This document shows, piece by piece, positions 10,591 through 26,702 of a DNA stretch of 64,000 nt (position 1 is its first letter; each line of letters begins with the position of its first letter). This DNA comes from Chrysomallon squamiferum (taxonomy: Eukaryota; Animalia; Mollusca). Both the position numbers and the translations under genes were made by a program. The stretch is from contig CM022670.1 in assembly GCA_012295275.1 (NCBI GenBank), positions 4,402,001 through 4,466,000 on the forward strand, given 5' to 3'. The notes under the pieces were generated by a model. That model did no database searches, was not told the origin of the DNA, and was given only the letters and a program-made list of their open reading frames with translations.

Positions 10591-12579
10591 CATATTCGTT
10601 CTTCAGTTAATTTTGTGAAAACGATCACTGAATTTTTTAACCATTTCACATTCTTATACACATAACAGTAATAAAAAAGGACACAAAGAATATTCTTGCC
10701 GAACGCCAGCAGACAAAAACGCGTTTGAACTCATGCTTCTCTCATTCTGTTTCATTTATTTATTTACTGATATTTTATTTTTATTGAGCACGTGTCCAGT
10801 TTTCAGTTTACGACCTCAGATGTATTTCCAACGAAAATATTAAACAATAGAAAGACGAGAAATTCTTTGAACAGTATTTCCAACAAGTGTCAAACAGCAG
10901 AAGAACAAAAGAAATTCCATGAAGTGAAAGTCTTTCTTCTGAACACTACCCGACGTAAAAATACAATATGTATTTTTAGATGCTTGTAAACTTTATGATT
11001 ATTGCAATGTGGATGGAGCATACTGGTCACTTAATTGTTAAACAGCAGGCGAAATTGACTAATTTGGTCAAGCATGTTAATCCCCCAGTCCCTTGTTTCA
11101 TCACTCATAGTGGTCATATGAAGGGTCAGTGTTTAAGGTAATCGTTTTATTGTTTGACAGTAAATGGACCGAATGGCTTAAATTGGACATGCACAGTCAT
11201 GATACAAGGTAATAAATCGAAATGTATGTCTCTTTGGATGAAATGCAACTGTAGATAATTCTTTTTCGTTTCAGTGCAAAATAATGTGTTCTCTGATTTG
11301 CACTAAACAAATAAAATATTAATTATAAAAAATAAATTAATATATTAATATATAATTATAAACTATTTATTATAATTAAAAAATGATATACTCAGGACTC
11401 TGATATATCTGAAATAAATATTTTTTAATTTTAAATGCTTTATACGTAATTTTAATTTTAATGTATTAAATCAAATGTAATTAATCAGTTATCGTTACTA
11501 TAAATAACCTATCAACGCCATAGTATCTGCTTTCTTGAGTCTTGGAAAGAACCTTTCATAAGGTCAGTAGGCAAGAAACTAGTAACAGGAAAGTAGTCAC
11601 AGATCTCCTACACTGTTCAGAGATAAATTTAAATCCAAGTACGCAGTTTTAGTGAAAGCTTCTCTTGTTTCTGTTTTTTTTTTTTTTTTTTTTTTTTTTA
11701 TCGTTTTCTTATTAACAACAAAAATATCTTTTATGATGTATTTTCTCATGGCAAAAAGCATTAAAAAAATATGACAGAAAACAACAAAAGAACAACAACA
11801 ACAAAACAAATTAAAAATAATAGTGAGTAAATAATAATAATAATAACAACTTCAAGATTACATACATGTATGTGTGTATGTGTAATGTTTAGTTGCATTT
11901 CATTGGTTATATATATGTAACAATAAAATAAATCAAGTCGCCTCCAGTAATTTATTCTGAATATTTAATAAGATGTTGTTGTATTTATATTTACAAAAGT
12001 AAAGGCAAATAATTTTATCATAAATGAATACTTAAAATACTGTTTTCTTAATGTTTCAGATTAATATCAAACCATGAAATAACTCTACGTGTATCCATCC
12101 ACCTGTCAAATTTTATTAATTTATTTATTCTGGTAGGTAGATGACATAAATCATATAAAACTTTGTTTTCAACTGTACAGTAAAACGTTATTACAATAAA
12201 TATATTTTCTCGTTTTGCGGCCCGTTTTGTCCAAAATAAAGTATTCCAAATAAATGGTGGTTATTTACATTCTGTCGTAAAGGGGATACATTCCATGGGA
12301 TCTTGTGTATATATTACAAAAGATAATGCCTTGATATATGGGTCTCTAGGTTAATTCATCTGGAACACACGCGCTCTTTTTATTTATATGGGTGGCTATT
12401 GGCCATAAGGGATTACAGCAATTAGACCAGCTCATTAGACCGAGAGACAGGAGTCCGCAGGCCACGATTAAAAGAGAGCAGGACGATGCTGTGGGCTCTG
12501 ATCAGTTCAGTACAATTGTTTCCTTTTAATAAGTAAATAAATAAAAGTATCTATGAATCTACAATGTATGTAAATATGT

Positions 12580-12980
<401 letters not shown>

Positions 12981-13429
12981 TGTGTTTGTGCATGTGTGTG
13001 AACGAAACAAGCATGAATACTTCCTTATTTCCATTATATTACTGAAAAGTACGTAAGTCACTGCATTGGTTACTACAGGTGACTAGAATGACAGAATTAC
13101 CTGCAGGCTTGTTGGCATCTGTCTCTCTTGAACGTCTGAATCAGGCAGAGCCAATCAGAAATAGTGTCATATTATGTCATCAGGAGGCGAGCGTAGACAG
13201 CACAATATTGCCTAAGTATTCTATGACTCACTGTTAGAAAAATCTGTTAAATGTATTATTACGAACTGTAATTTCGGTAGAAATATGATAATGGATTAAT
13301 GTTCCTTTTTAATGAATGATGTGATGATGATAATAATATCTGAATTGCAATTTTTATAGGGTGGCAAAATATTATTTATTGAAAATTTAATAATAATAAT
13401 TATAACAGAAACAAGAAAAAACAATTAAC

Positions 13430-13548
13430 TGTCAGAAGTGGGATTTGAACCCACGCCCACATTCGTGGACCAGAACACTCGTTCACAATTATGATGTGAA
13501 GACTATGAGCCTTGAGTCTGGCGCCTTAGACCACTCGGCCATCCTGAC
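13430..13548 (-). tRNA. trnL-CAA: tRNA-Leu(CAA), 35 nt intron at 13476-13510
   Basis: Reverse complement of the same exons; T6 run downstream on the minus strand. Confidence 0.96.
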
Positions 13549-15274
13549 ATATATCTTATATTTGTGCCAATAACTTAAATAAAGCTGATATAAAATATAT
13601 TAACAAAAATTTAAGACACTGTTATCATTTATCGTTTTAAAACACTTAAAAATGTTTTAGTGCTTTAAGTCCGTTTGTCTCTCTGACTGTTGTTCTGTTT
13701 GTTACTCGCAAGGGTTTGGAATGTGTTTTGATATAGTGTCTTATTTTCATCTTATATAACTAAAATACAGTTGCCTATGACAAAAAAAAAAAAAAAAAAA
13801 AAATAAAAATAAAAATAAAAAAAAAAAAAAATAATAATAATAATAATAATAATAAAATTTTAAAAATTTAAAATTATAATAATAATGATGATGAACCACT
13901 CCTCGTAAGTAATGAAATATTTTAGACCAATAATTATTTAAAAGGTTTTAAATATATCTGTATGAGAAAGATTGAGCGTATGCATACATATCCTAATGAC
14001 TGACAATAATAGTATAATCACATCTATGAGGTTTTCTGTAAGTGATAGAATAAATTATTATTCTGAAATGTAAGACAGTTTACGCTGAGTTAGTTCATCT
14101 AAGGATGATGTTTCTTCCTTCGTCTTAGCTAACTTATATTTAATCTATCCATGAAGATCAAATCAGTGACACAAGCTATAATTTAAATACGAATCATGTA
14201 AACACAACAATATGCCTGAAAAGTGTGGATATAAACATCTTATTTGAAACACACTTCATCTCTATCTGGTAACTGATTTGACCTTCTTGTTACAGGCATC
14301 TCATTCTTGTGTCAAATGCCTTACATCACCGTTAACAAGCTCAGTGTCATATTTAAACTAAGCAGTTTCGTACATACCTATTGTTAAAAAAAAGTAAATT
14401 GCGACAATTCCTTTCAAATGAATAATCAAGCTCAAACACAAGAAGCAAGTTCTTGCTGCATTTTCTGGTGTTAGCTAGCGAAACACTGTCGAGTTAAAAA
14501 CTGCCTTAGTAAATTACTGAAGCCGCCACAGCAATTAGTCTTTGTAAGGACGCTGGAAGGTCGCACCGACGTTCTAATCCCCACTGAGCGGACGCTGGTG
14601 ATGAGTGTATGGGAGGGGCGGATCAGTTCTCCTAATGGCGGCTTCGCTTTGTGCAAATCGCGCCCGAACCCCCGAGGCATCCAGGAAGCGATTCAACAGA
14701 TGCCGTAGCACTATCCTGAAAATTCCGTTTACCTCCGAATAGCGAAACCTTACACTTACCACGTCATTTGTTCTGAAAAAAACTCTTTATTTTCTGACTT
14801 AGCTTTGTTTGGCTATTGTTTATGAGACACTGATTACTCGAGTGGTCTTAGATGACTTTCTGTTTTTCGAAAATCCTCGTGTCACGGACCACAGGTGTTC
14901 TGAATACGTAATCGTTGTAGTGTGTGATAGAAGCTGATGTTACACCAATAGATGTGCAAATCTCCATGTATAAACTGGGTTGCTGACTTAATTTTCGCAT
15001 GGAACTCGTTTGCTTTCTGTCTTGCATATGACGGCGGGCTTGTATAATTTCTTGTACTATGACATACTTGTATGAATCATTGAAATTAAAATGTCAGACT
15101 CTATGAATCTTGGATTTTCTCTGATATCCAAGTCATTTATACTCTAACAGTTTTCGTAGGCCTAAACAATACCATCATGCAATCGCAGTTCCCGTTGTAA
15201 TTGTAGATTATTGGATATAACGTTTTTAAGGGTTGGAGCAGAAATCACCAAAGAAGCTGTAGTTACCCATGAGT

Positions 15275-15352
15275 TAATCCCATACCACCCAGCTCCCACC
15301 TAGCCAAAACCGAATAGATTGATTTGGTTAAGTTTTTGGCTAGGTGGGATTA
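15275..15352. repeat. Short inverted repeat / hairpin (possible MITE remnant)
   Basis: TCCCACCTAGCCAAAA (15294-15309) is the exact reverse complement of TTTTGGCTAGGTGGGA (15334-15349). Confidence 0.75.
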
Positions 15353-15799
15353 CACCAGCAGGCTTGCTTGAATAATATAACCATATGGAAATATACAAAG
15401 TCTACTTCCCTGTATATCATCACTATTCTATTTTATTAAACAGAGTTGAATGAATTAATGGAAGTGCATCTCAACGCTTTTGACTACTAAAAGTTATTAT
15501 ACATATCACCTGGTGTTTTTGTAAAACGATGATCTGTATATGCCTAACGAGATACAAGCCAAGCTGGCGTGAATACTGCACGCTGAAGTATTGTAAACTG
15601 AACCGATTTTAGTGTCACCGCCACGTTCTGTGCCAGATGTTGGTAACAATAAAACTGGGAACATAAAATGTGACGATCTTTGATGAGCCGATGTTTTATG
15701 TTGTGGATAAAAAATTAATTTTAATCAGAAGAACAGGTGATTAATGGGGAAATTCCAGTACAGGGTTTTAGACTTACTGTCTGCTTTGAAGTTTACAGT

Positions 15800-15802
15800 G
15801 GT

Positions 15803-15841
<39 letters not shown>

Positions 15842-15910
15842 TATATATGTTTATTTATTTATTTATTTGTATTTATTGCTTTATTCAGTTTCTTCTGTTG
15901 CTGTATGATT

Positions 15911-15980
<70 letters not shown>
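15800..15980. repeat. Compound (TTTA)n, (ATG)n, (ATT)n microsatellites
   Basis: Direct reading. Confidence 0.9.
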
Positions 15981-15982
<2 letters not shown>

Positions 15983-16084
15983 TTTTTGTTGTATTTTATT
16001 AAGAAATAATATTATAGGTATTATCATTATCATACTGATATTATTAAGACATGTTAAAAAACAAAATAATAAAAATAAAATAAT

Positions 16085-16203
16085 TGTCAGAAGTGGGATT
16101 TGAACCCACGCCCACATTCGTGGACCAGAACACTCGTTCACGTTTAACACGTGAAGGTAACAAACCTTGAGTCTGGCGCCTTAGACCACTCGGCCATCCT
16201 GAC
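16085..16203 (-). tRNA. trnL-CAA: tRNA-Leu(CAA), 35 nt intron at 16131-16165
   Basis: Reverse complement of the same exons; T runs downstream. Confidence 0.96.
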
Positions 16204-16562
16204 ATACAGATGTATGTGGAAATAAATACATTCGAATGAATGTTGATATTTTTATATAATACCATTGCGTATTACGTCATTAAATTTTGTTTATTTATTC
16301 CCTTTTTCTTTCACCATCTAAACTAGTACTATTAGCTTAAATTCTAATTATTATTATGTGATTTATTATGGATTCACTAACTGACAAATGGAAATACTTA
16401 AATATATTTATCAGAATCATTCTAAACCAGTATCAGTAGTAAAATGATGGTAATAATAATAATAATAATGTATTATTTCAGATAATATTTTGAAATAGTC
16501 ATATTTATTATCATTTGAAATAAAGATATAAATAATAAGAAGAAAAAAACAAAAAGTATATT

Positions 16563-16681
16563 TGTCAGAAGTGGGATTTGAACCCACGCCCACATTCGTG
16601 GACCAGAACACTCGTTCACATTTGTTATATGAAGGTTACAAACCTTGAGTCTGGCGCCTTAGACCACTCGGCCATCCTGAC
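16563..16681 (-). tRNA. trnL-CAA: tRNA-Leu(CAA), 35 nt intron at 16609-16643
   Basis: Reverse complement of the same exons; T5 downstream. Confidence 0.96.
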
Positions 16682-16929
16682 ATGACGAGTGCAATCAAAT
16701 ATATATTACTTGATGATAACTGTAGTAGCAGCCACGATGGTAGACGTTATTAGTTATTGGTTACAGTAGAAGTAATTATAGTAGTGGTATTAATAGAAGT
16801 AATAATTTTTATTAGAAATAGCGATAACAATAAGAGTTGTTGAAAGAGAAGTAATAACTGTAGAAGTAGCTTTAGATTAGTAGTAACAGAAGCAGCGGTA
16901 TGAACGAACGAATGAATGAATGAATGTTT

Positions 16930-17092
16930 AACGACAGCAGCAGCAATAGCAGTAGCAGATTTTTTCTTTCCCGTCGTTATTGTTGTGTTGGTAGCTGTAG
17001 AAGTAGTAATAATAATTGTAGTAGTAGTAGCAGTGGTGATGGTAGTATGTACTATCAGTATTATCTAATAGTAGTAGGTAATAATAATAACA

Positions 17093-17138
<46 letters not shown>

Positions 17139-17350
17139 CAATACTGATGATGATAATAATAGTAATAGTAACAGTAGTAGTTAATAATAATAACAATAGC
17201 AGCAGCAGTAGCAGTAGCAATAGGAACTGTTGCAGTATTAGTGGTTGTAGTAATAGTAGTACCAGTAGTAGTATTAACAGTAGCATTAGTACTAATAGTT
17301 GTAGTAATAGTAGAGCTGCAGTAGTAACAGTAGTAGTGGTAGCAGAGGTA
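16930..17350. repeat. Cryptic trinucleotide low-complexity tract (AGT/AAT/AGC)
   Basis: Direct reading; generates homopolymer ORFs in several frames. Confidence 0.9.
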
Positions 17351-19099
17351 GCTGAAGTAAACAACGAAACGGAATATAACATTATAATTAACGGAACTGC
17401 TACAACTAACACACTTAAAACAATTTGAAACGTGACATATCATATCACCTCGTTACCTTGTAAAACAAACCTTGCAGGTGAACTTATTGTTAAAAAAACC
17501 CTACAACGTTTTAAACATGTAACAATATTCAAAAGTATTGTTCTTGACACATAACGTTTTTGCCAAGGAAATGAAGTAAGAACAAACAGGAACTTTATTT
17601 AAAGTTTTAACTTTTGTGAATTTTGAATAGTGACCCTGAGTTCGTTGAAAATCGCGTGTCAGTCTGCAGTTTCAGTGCAGTTCCTGTAGAGCTGTGAGCT
17701 AAACTGCATATCGATTTCAAACCTAATACAATAAAATAATTGTGAAGGGGGACCAGTGATTTTCATGCCTCAGATCAATTTGAATCGTAATTGCGAGAAA
17801 TTCTATATACACAACTAAACGGTGAAAGCAATAAAATATTTTTTGATATATTTCGGAAAAATACACAGTGGTTTTGTTGTTTGTTTTTGGCGTATTGTGT
17901 GTAATATAGTTTGAATCTATGGTGTGTGTGTAATGATTAATATAATATTAGTATGAGATAATAACAGAAGTTGTAGCAATAATAGTAGTAGTGGTGGTAG
18001 TTGTAGTAATAGTAGCAGCAGCAGTCCTAGTAGTTCATTATATTTAGAGAGAGAGAGAAAAAAGTAAAAACTGAAAAAAATTAATAGACTACAAAGCAGA
18101 AACAGTAGAAGACGTTGAGAAAAATTAATAAGAAACAAGAAGAAGAAAAATATGCTCAGTATCAAAACCTACGTGAGTAATATTGTCAATCTAGAAATAT
18201 CAAGAAATATCTAACTATCTTTTGTCTGATTTATTTACATCATTATTATTCTTTCTATCATCTTAAATAAATACATATTAATTATCAGACCACGCTGCTT
18301 GTATTGTTTGTTATACAACTGATAAATGACTCATCGATTAATTAATTCAGCCTTTGGGCGCATTCATTCCGCGATATTCAAATTCGATATCGACATCATA
18401 CATGTCAATCATTCAGACTGCCAATCATGTCATGTGCTTCATGTTACGTCAGAGATAGGATCCCGCGAAAAGTACGAAAACCCGAAGGCGAAAATTTGTA
18501 TATCTACAAACAGGTGCAAGTGTCACCTGTACAAAATACCTGGAGGAACAGGTAGCGTACTGCATGTATAAAACCTGCATTGTTTTACTGACAAGGGAGA
18601 AAGATAAGTGTATGAACTGACGTAATTTGTTTTTAATTAATTTTACACTTCTTAGGAAGCGCCTGCTTTGTTTGAAATGCATTTCGTTATTAATGATCTG
18701 GATTTTCTTTGAAAACGTAAATGTTGTCATGATGGTATATACTAATTAATGAAGAACTGAAAATGATTTATTGCATTAAACTGTTTTTGTCTTAATTACT
18801 AGATCATCCGCTACAGCAACTATTTCTATTAACACTATTCAGTTACTGAAGCTGATGTTGCAGTGTTTACTGTTACAGTTTCAACAGCAACAACAACATC
18901 AGCAAAGGCGTTTAGAATTATCATCAGTGAAACTATGACTACAACAACTATAACAACAGTAAATATTACTGCTAGTATTACTAATGCTGCTGCAACTAGT
19001 ATAACCAAACTATTAACGGAACAGCCACATTGCTAATTATTGCTGTTCTTTATGCTATGGAGAGTAAGACTTATAGACGTTGCTAATATGAGAAAGATG

Positions 19100-19268
<169 letters not shown>

Positions 19269-20819
19269 TGTAATATCCTTAAACTCTATCTTCAAACTTT
19301 AATCAAAACATGTATAAAATTATATACTGTGTACTTTCCCTCTTACATAGTCATCATTGCCATCACCAATATCTGTATATTTGCTCAGTCCCCTGATTAA
19401 CATACACGCTACAATGTAAACCTATGTCAGTTTTAGTTATATCACTTTACCATTTTATTAACATAGATGTGTGTAACAACACAACGGATGGTGGCTGACC
19501 TCTACGCCATAATAAGTTTTTATCTGTGAGCCAGCATCACTTGCCGTGAGCGTCGCTTTTCCCTCAGGATCGCTGCAACAGTTGAGGAGTAAAAGTTCAA
19601 GCTGGTGAGTGTTTTGTGCTTCACAATCGGAAAATTTACTCTGTTATGTTGTTAAATGTTGATGCAGTTTGCTTAACAATGGAAATTTAAAATAATGGCT
19701 AATTAATAATAATCATGAATATGTGTAATGGATAACTCTAATACCTTGTTAAATGATACAGAATGTAAGAACAGCAAACAAACAAACTACAACGAGTAAT
19801 AGAGTATTTATATATATAACACGGCTGTTGATATGGTACTGTTGTTATTATTACTGTTATCAAAAGTACTATAACACAATTAATACTGCTTCCCTTCCTG
19901 TAACCTTTATTACTCCTACTTCTAATACTATTTCTACAGCAACATCAACTACTGCTACAACTACCACTGTTAATAGAACTACTGCTACTGCTATTGTTCT
20001 ACTACTATTACTACTACGAATACCACTACTACTATTATTAATACTATTGTGTCTACTGCTGTATTACTACAACTACTAGAATTACTACTACTACTACTAC
20101 TACTACTACTACAATAATAATAATAATAATAAAATAACAACAACAACACTAACAGTAATATGAACAGTTCACAATGACAGGACTTTATCAGAAGTCATTC
20201 AAACTTCAATCCAATGCAACGATTATTATTTTAATGTCAATGAATGTTTGATATTACGTTATAATCAGTGACTCTTCCTAAACAGTACATATGGAACAAA
20301 TCGTTGTAAAAAAAAAAAATAATAATAATAATAATAAACAAAAATATTGATTATATAACAGCGTGTCGTGTAATATTTAATTGCAATACACGGGAGTGAA
20401 ATAATCGGGTAGCGCTGAGGTTTCGGCGACAGGTGCGGTGTTAAATTGACTAATGGCTTCTGCCAGGAGTCGTTCTGGTGGGAAATGGAAAAGTTCATAT
20501 TGCCGAGTTTTAATCTGATATTGTCATTGTGTTTGGCTGGTTCAGGTAAAGGCTTTTCACGTGTTCGGATCTTGATTACACACCGCTGTGTGTGGATACG
20601 GCTAATTGGAGTTTTGCCTGTAGCCTGGTTACGCATTTTGTAACGGTTTCCGGCCATTTCTGTCATTATGGAATACTCATGGCAGCATAATCATCTGCGA
20701 TAGCAGTGTTCGTTTGCGTGTGTTTAACTGCGAGGTGAAAGTTAACCAGTAATTAATTCCTGATTCATATTTCCACCTTTGTCTTTGTTTTCTGTTTCTC
20801 ACTATCTGGACAAATTCAT

Positions 20820-20928
<109 letters not shown>

Positions 20929-22347
20929 CACCCTCTTCATGTTTCTTTTGTCTTTCAATATCTTTTCTATTTGTTGTCTGTCTGCCTGTCAATCTATCTG
21001 TCTGTCTATCAATTTATCTGTCTATCTATCTATTTATCTCTCTATGTATCCACCCATCGATCCATTCATCCGTCTTCTTGAATTACTGTGTCTGCATCTC
21101 TGTCAGCGTCTCTATTTTAGTTTATCGTTGTCATTCTTAAATGTTCTTTATTTCATTTTAAATGCTTCTTCCACTTATCTCTCTGTTATAACTGCATCAG
21201 CGATCGTAACAGTCATCATCTATTTATATATGTATTCAACTATTTTTTGTTTCTTTGACTATTTGCTACTTCTCTCTCTTCTTGTCGCCTTATCTCTTAA
21301 ATTTCCCTCTTCCATCTCTCTCTTTCCCTTTTCTCCATCACAACCAATCAATCGTTTTAATTATCGCATTCACCAAAGCCATTCATTTATAATAACTACA
21401 TTAATATGTGCCAAAATATTTATTCAGGCTTCATTTGTGTAATTCCATGCGTTCTGCGAAGACTTGTAACGAGAACCATAACAACTTACAATGCCATCAG
21501 AAATTTCAGGAAATGACCCGCAGTTTCAAACAATGCCACAATTAAGCAAAGATGGAACATCCAGTAATTTCCCCCATTGCAATCATCTGTCCCTAATACG
21601 AACAATATTTTCATTAGACTTCTGTTCGTCACCTACCTCTACGTTCGTTTAACAAGATGGGTGTCCAGACGCAAATACATTTATTCAAAAGAATTAGGAG
21701 AATTAAGTGATAGCGCCGTGGGCTCTGAAAGACGAGGACAATCGGATTTTAGTCCCACGTAACATGCTATCATTATCCGCACCAATACAGCAACATTACG
21801 GTGTGAAATTAGACCAGGATCTACTTCAGACCAGACAAACATTTAATCCTTTCTAGGGATACAATTACCCTTATCACGGCGGGTGGAACGCTAACGCACC
21901 CCCAATAAATGTCAGAAAAATAAACAAACTTGGTAAGAGACACTACAGTTTCGTGGCCTTTTTCACACTGCTTGACACCGAAACAAACTTGCCGTCTATA
22001 GGCGCCGTCACTTCTAACGCCAGTGTCACTCTGTTTTCACAAAACTGAGATGCTCGTATTTATTTATTTTATTTCCCAGGTAGTTCAGACGAAGCATAAA
22101 ACGGAGCACGCATTGTTGTGGAAACATTTTGAAGGGACAGTGTTTCTCATACAGTGCTGCTGGTCTCACTTGGGATTTTTTAACGGCCGGGAATATAACG
22201 ACGAACATCATTTTCGAAGTTAGTTTGAGGATACTTTTTTTTGCCGAGAGTTTTTAGTGTTGGTGAGTAAATGAAACATTTGAAAATTGTGTATTTATAT
22301 TAACAGTTGAAATGTTTGCTTATTTGTTTATTAATTAATGAACTAAT

Positions 22348-22394
<47 letters not shown>

Positions 22395-23620
22395 TGTTAA
22401 TATCAGGCACGATGAACATATTCTTTTCAGAAATAATTAGAATAAATGTATATTTACAAATATTTAAAATGCTACCATATCAAGAGAACAACATTTCCGT
22501 TAAATTCAATTTTTACACTGGAACCAAACATGCACACAAAAGTACAAATATACAGTTGTCAGTGTAATGATATTTCTGCCTCGATATTTCAAAACAGGCA
22601 ACAGCGAGGGATTATGTAACAGTTACTTAAGTTAAACTATGAATATTTGTACATTACGTGAAAATACGAAATATTAAAATGCAACTCTGGCTTTGTAATG
22701 ATAACTGTTTTGATGAAAAATAACAAGAACTATATTAATAAAAACAAATAACGGTACTTTTACTCACACACACACTCTCTCTCTCTCTCTCTCTCTAGAT
22801 ATATATATATATCAAAGAAATAATGGTATATTTTATACTTGTCTGTAGACCTTTCTGTCTTCATCTCAGTTTGTATCAATGAATAAAACAAACTGCAAAC
22901 ACGATTTTAGTTTATAACTTCTCGCCTGTAACGAAGATAAACACTGTATTTTACTGAACGTATTAAAATGAAATTTACTTTGCTAAGAAACTACTGAACC
23001 TTACCGATCGCATATTACATTAATTTGTATACATTGCACGTACAATTTTTGAAAACAAGAGCTCAATCTACACCTCGTCATGCTTATTAAAGATTACCAT
23101 ACAGCTGCATATTTAAACATCAAACGATTTAATAAACACAAATTACATATCCCTTTTTTGTGACTTTATTTCATTATTCTCAAAAATCCAAATACATTTT
23201 TTTTATAATCTGACTTAATTGCCTTTTAAAACAAAAACAAACAATATATGCCCGGGAATAGATTTACGTACCGTTTATGAGAACTTAGAACGAGCAATCA
23301 ATAGTAATTATTGCGATAATCCCATTGTCTGGATTAGCGTGGATTAATGATCAAAGATACATAGTATAATAAAGTTAATATTATCCTGCTGTGAGTGAAC
23401 TGTTGGTTTAATGAATAAGATAATCAGCTTTGTAAGATGTGTAAATGTTTACGTTCACTTGTAATAGCGTAGAAATTATCTGTAAATCAAATCTTAACTA
23501 AATCGTTTGGCGCTGTCGGGTATGGTATAATAAAACTTAATATCTTTTATTTATTTGTTTACTGTTGTGTTATATATTTTCAATACGGGTGCGATATTTG
23601 TTTGACAATTAATATTTCAA

Positions 23621-23681
<61 letters not shown>

Positions 23682-24341
23682 GAAGAAGAAGAAGAAGAAG
23701 AAGAAGAAGAGTAAATAATTAAATTCCTTGGATAAAAGATCATTAAAAATTAACGGGTATATTTAGACAATCTGCAGATATTATTTTATTTTTATGTGTA
23801 ATAAAAAGTAGTAAATAACGGCACTTAGCTTAAAAATCACTCATCCCTCCAACACGCACCCACATACACGCAGACACGCATTCCATCACACATGTACACA
23901 AACATACAACCACAAATACACATTCGTTACTACATTTACATATTGAGTTACATGTAACTAAATACGTATCTGTTTGTATTTTTGTATTTGGTTTTGAGTC
24001 GTATAATCTATATAAAATCGCATACTTAAAGTATGGTGTATCTACTGGCAGAGATAAAAAGATGGAGGAGGGTTAACGATATTGATCAGACGAGCACAAA
24101 AGTGCACTAAATGATGGGAAGTCCGCTGTCATTGTTGATTATGTCTACTTTGCACGTGTCACAATTTCAGATTATTTCAGGCATGCTAGCTGGTCATTTC
24201 TTGACGTATGCAATGATTACTAAGTGTAATGTTATAGATCTAGTTCGTTTACATTTAAAAAAAAAGCATTAATATATATGGTTATTGTTAAAGGTAATTT
24301 TTGTTAAATATGGTAGTGTAATTTTATAATATAAACATTAT

Positions 24342-24443
<102 letters not shown>

Positions 24444-25100
24444 ATAGAGAGAAAGTATGTGCAAGCGAGGAAAACGGTTTCACCCTCCAAAAAAAAAAAA
24501 AAAAAAAAAAAAAAAGAAAGAAATAAAGAAAGAAAATAAGAAAGAAATCCTTTTCTGAAGCAAAATGTCAAGTGCCAAATGAGAAAGGTTTATTTGAAAA
24601 AAGAGTAAAAAAAATTGAAATCGCTCAATAATAAGCACTAGAAGCTAATTCACTCCATGTATGATGCTAATAATATTGCTAAACCACTCAAAAGCTTTTA
24701 AGCGATGTTTGGCATTCAAACGGGAGATCATCTCTAAATTGTTGTGTCACGCCGGCTTGACTTCTTTTCAGTAACTCTTCTTCACTTTACGGGACATTAC
24801 ACGTTTACTGAAGCACGCGTATGAATAAGAAAACGTAAAAAATAAAGAAAAAGAAAAAAAAAATGGTAGAAACCGCCAGTGGTCCCCAATCATTATCTCT
24901 CTCTCTCGCAATGATTTTTTTTTTTTTCAGTAAATTTCGTTTGTAAAGATAATTTATTTAGATGAGTTGGGAGTGAAAGGTAAGAGTTTTCAAAGCACCC
25001 TTAACAACACCTTTCTATTGTTTGAACAACGTCAACCCTTCAGGCACCCGGGAAATCCTTTCTTTAAAAAACAGCACGACACTGTTTTGTAAGGCGCGCT

Positions 25101-25401
25101 CTGATTGGCTGTTGGCTGGGGGTCTCTCCGTTAACGCTCGTTATCCCGCAGTTAATGGTGTCAGTTTCGATGGTCAACTGTCGTTATCACAGTGTGCTCG
25201 CCATTGGTTCTGAAATTTTCACTTGTCTCGCGTTAATCATTTGTTTGTCATAGAAACACAGTGGACTACGAAGAGAAAATAGTTTGTGGGTGAGTCGTAT
25301 TTTTCTAACGTGCTGTTTTATTTTTCTGTTAACTAAAGTCCATCGTGTGAAACTTTGAGTCGTAACAGCCAACCAGAAATGTTTAACGTGAGAGCGTAAG
25401 T
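25101..25401 (+). promoter_or_regulatory. Candidate promoter and non-coding first exon (possibly of the protocadherin)
   Basis: Reverse CCAAT box CTGATTGG 25101-25108, Inr-like TCAGTT 25161-25166, donors GTGAGT 25290 and GTAAGT 25396, then an abrupt switch to AT-rich sequence. Confidence 0.4.
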
Positions 25402-25549
25402 ACCTGTCTTACGTTAAAATGTGTATTATATTATATTATATTATATTATGTTATTTAAAATAATCAGTTGTATTTTAACTTTTTTTATGTGGAAAACGAA
25501 TTTATTCATCTGTTTACATTTATGTTACTCACAATTTAAATATCTAAAA

Positions 25550-25615
<66 letters not shown>

Positions 25616-26065
25616 CTTCTTTATTTAATACTATTTTTACATAGCTAGAAAATGTTGACGTTCATTATTCTCATTTTATGCATATGTACGTTGTAGGTGT
25701 ACTTGTTAATGATGCAGTCAAAATGATTATTCTTTCCTCATTTTTAAGTTAATAATTTTTTTTTATTACTTAAATCTTGGTTTTCAGAATTTTTTCATTG
25801 GAAAATTCAATTGTTATTATATTACATTTTGTAGACGTATGTTTAGTTTAGCAGATGAACATATAAACATGTATTATTATTTTATTATTATTATTAGTCT
25901 GTATATAATTATATATCAATTGCTAATTTTATTATATTTCATTTGATCATGCTTAGAAACATACACAAACATGTTAATCCTAATACAGTTTAGTATGTAG
26001 TATTAAGATATAATGAAAAAGTTATAATTAATTATTATTATTAGTAATAGCAATAACAAAAACAA

Positions 26066-26100
<35 letters not shown>

Positions 26101-26235
26101 ACAAATAAATAAATGATTCCCTGAAAAAAGTACGGACCACAAATAACGTTTCTTCATTTTATTTTATTTCATTTTTGCCACACATGCTAATTTTTGCAAA
26201 CTAAATCACTGTACGATGTGTTCACAACTTTGAAA

Positions 26236-26271
<36 letters not shown>

Positions 26272-26594
26272 ATGAACATATATTTAAAAATCCCAACGTA
26301 CTCTCCACTTAAATTTTCTTACGTCTTTTAATACTGAAGAAAATAATTACATAGGGAGAGAAAAAAAAGAAAAATTATAGAAAAATGGCTTTGTACTCAG
26401 TGTCGACAGTTTTAATTGCGTATATGATCAAATTACATTGTGTACAGTTATGTTAACGTAGTTGTAAACTGAATGGAGTAGAGCATGCACAATTCAATAG
26501 ACTGTGCTAACAATTTATCACGCTATTGATTTATATACGAGTAGGTGAGAATTACAGCCATAACTTTCGGTAGTGTGTATAATATCATCATCGT

Positions 26595-26702
<108 letters not shown>

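Larger units (their letters stand above)
16050..16707 (-). repeat. Right arm of inverted duplication
   Basis: Mirror of 7941-8605; also visible as paired spurious ORFs (SNDNKYDYFKILSEIIHYY; MVLYK.INI.SNVFIS). Confidence 0.9.
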
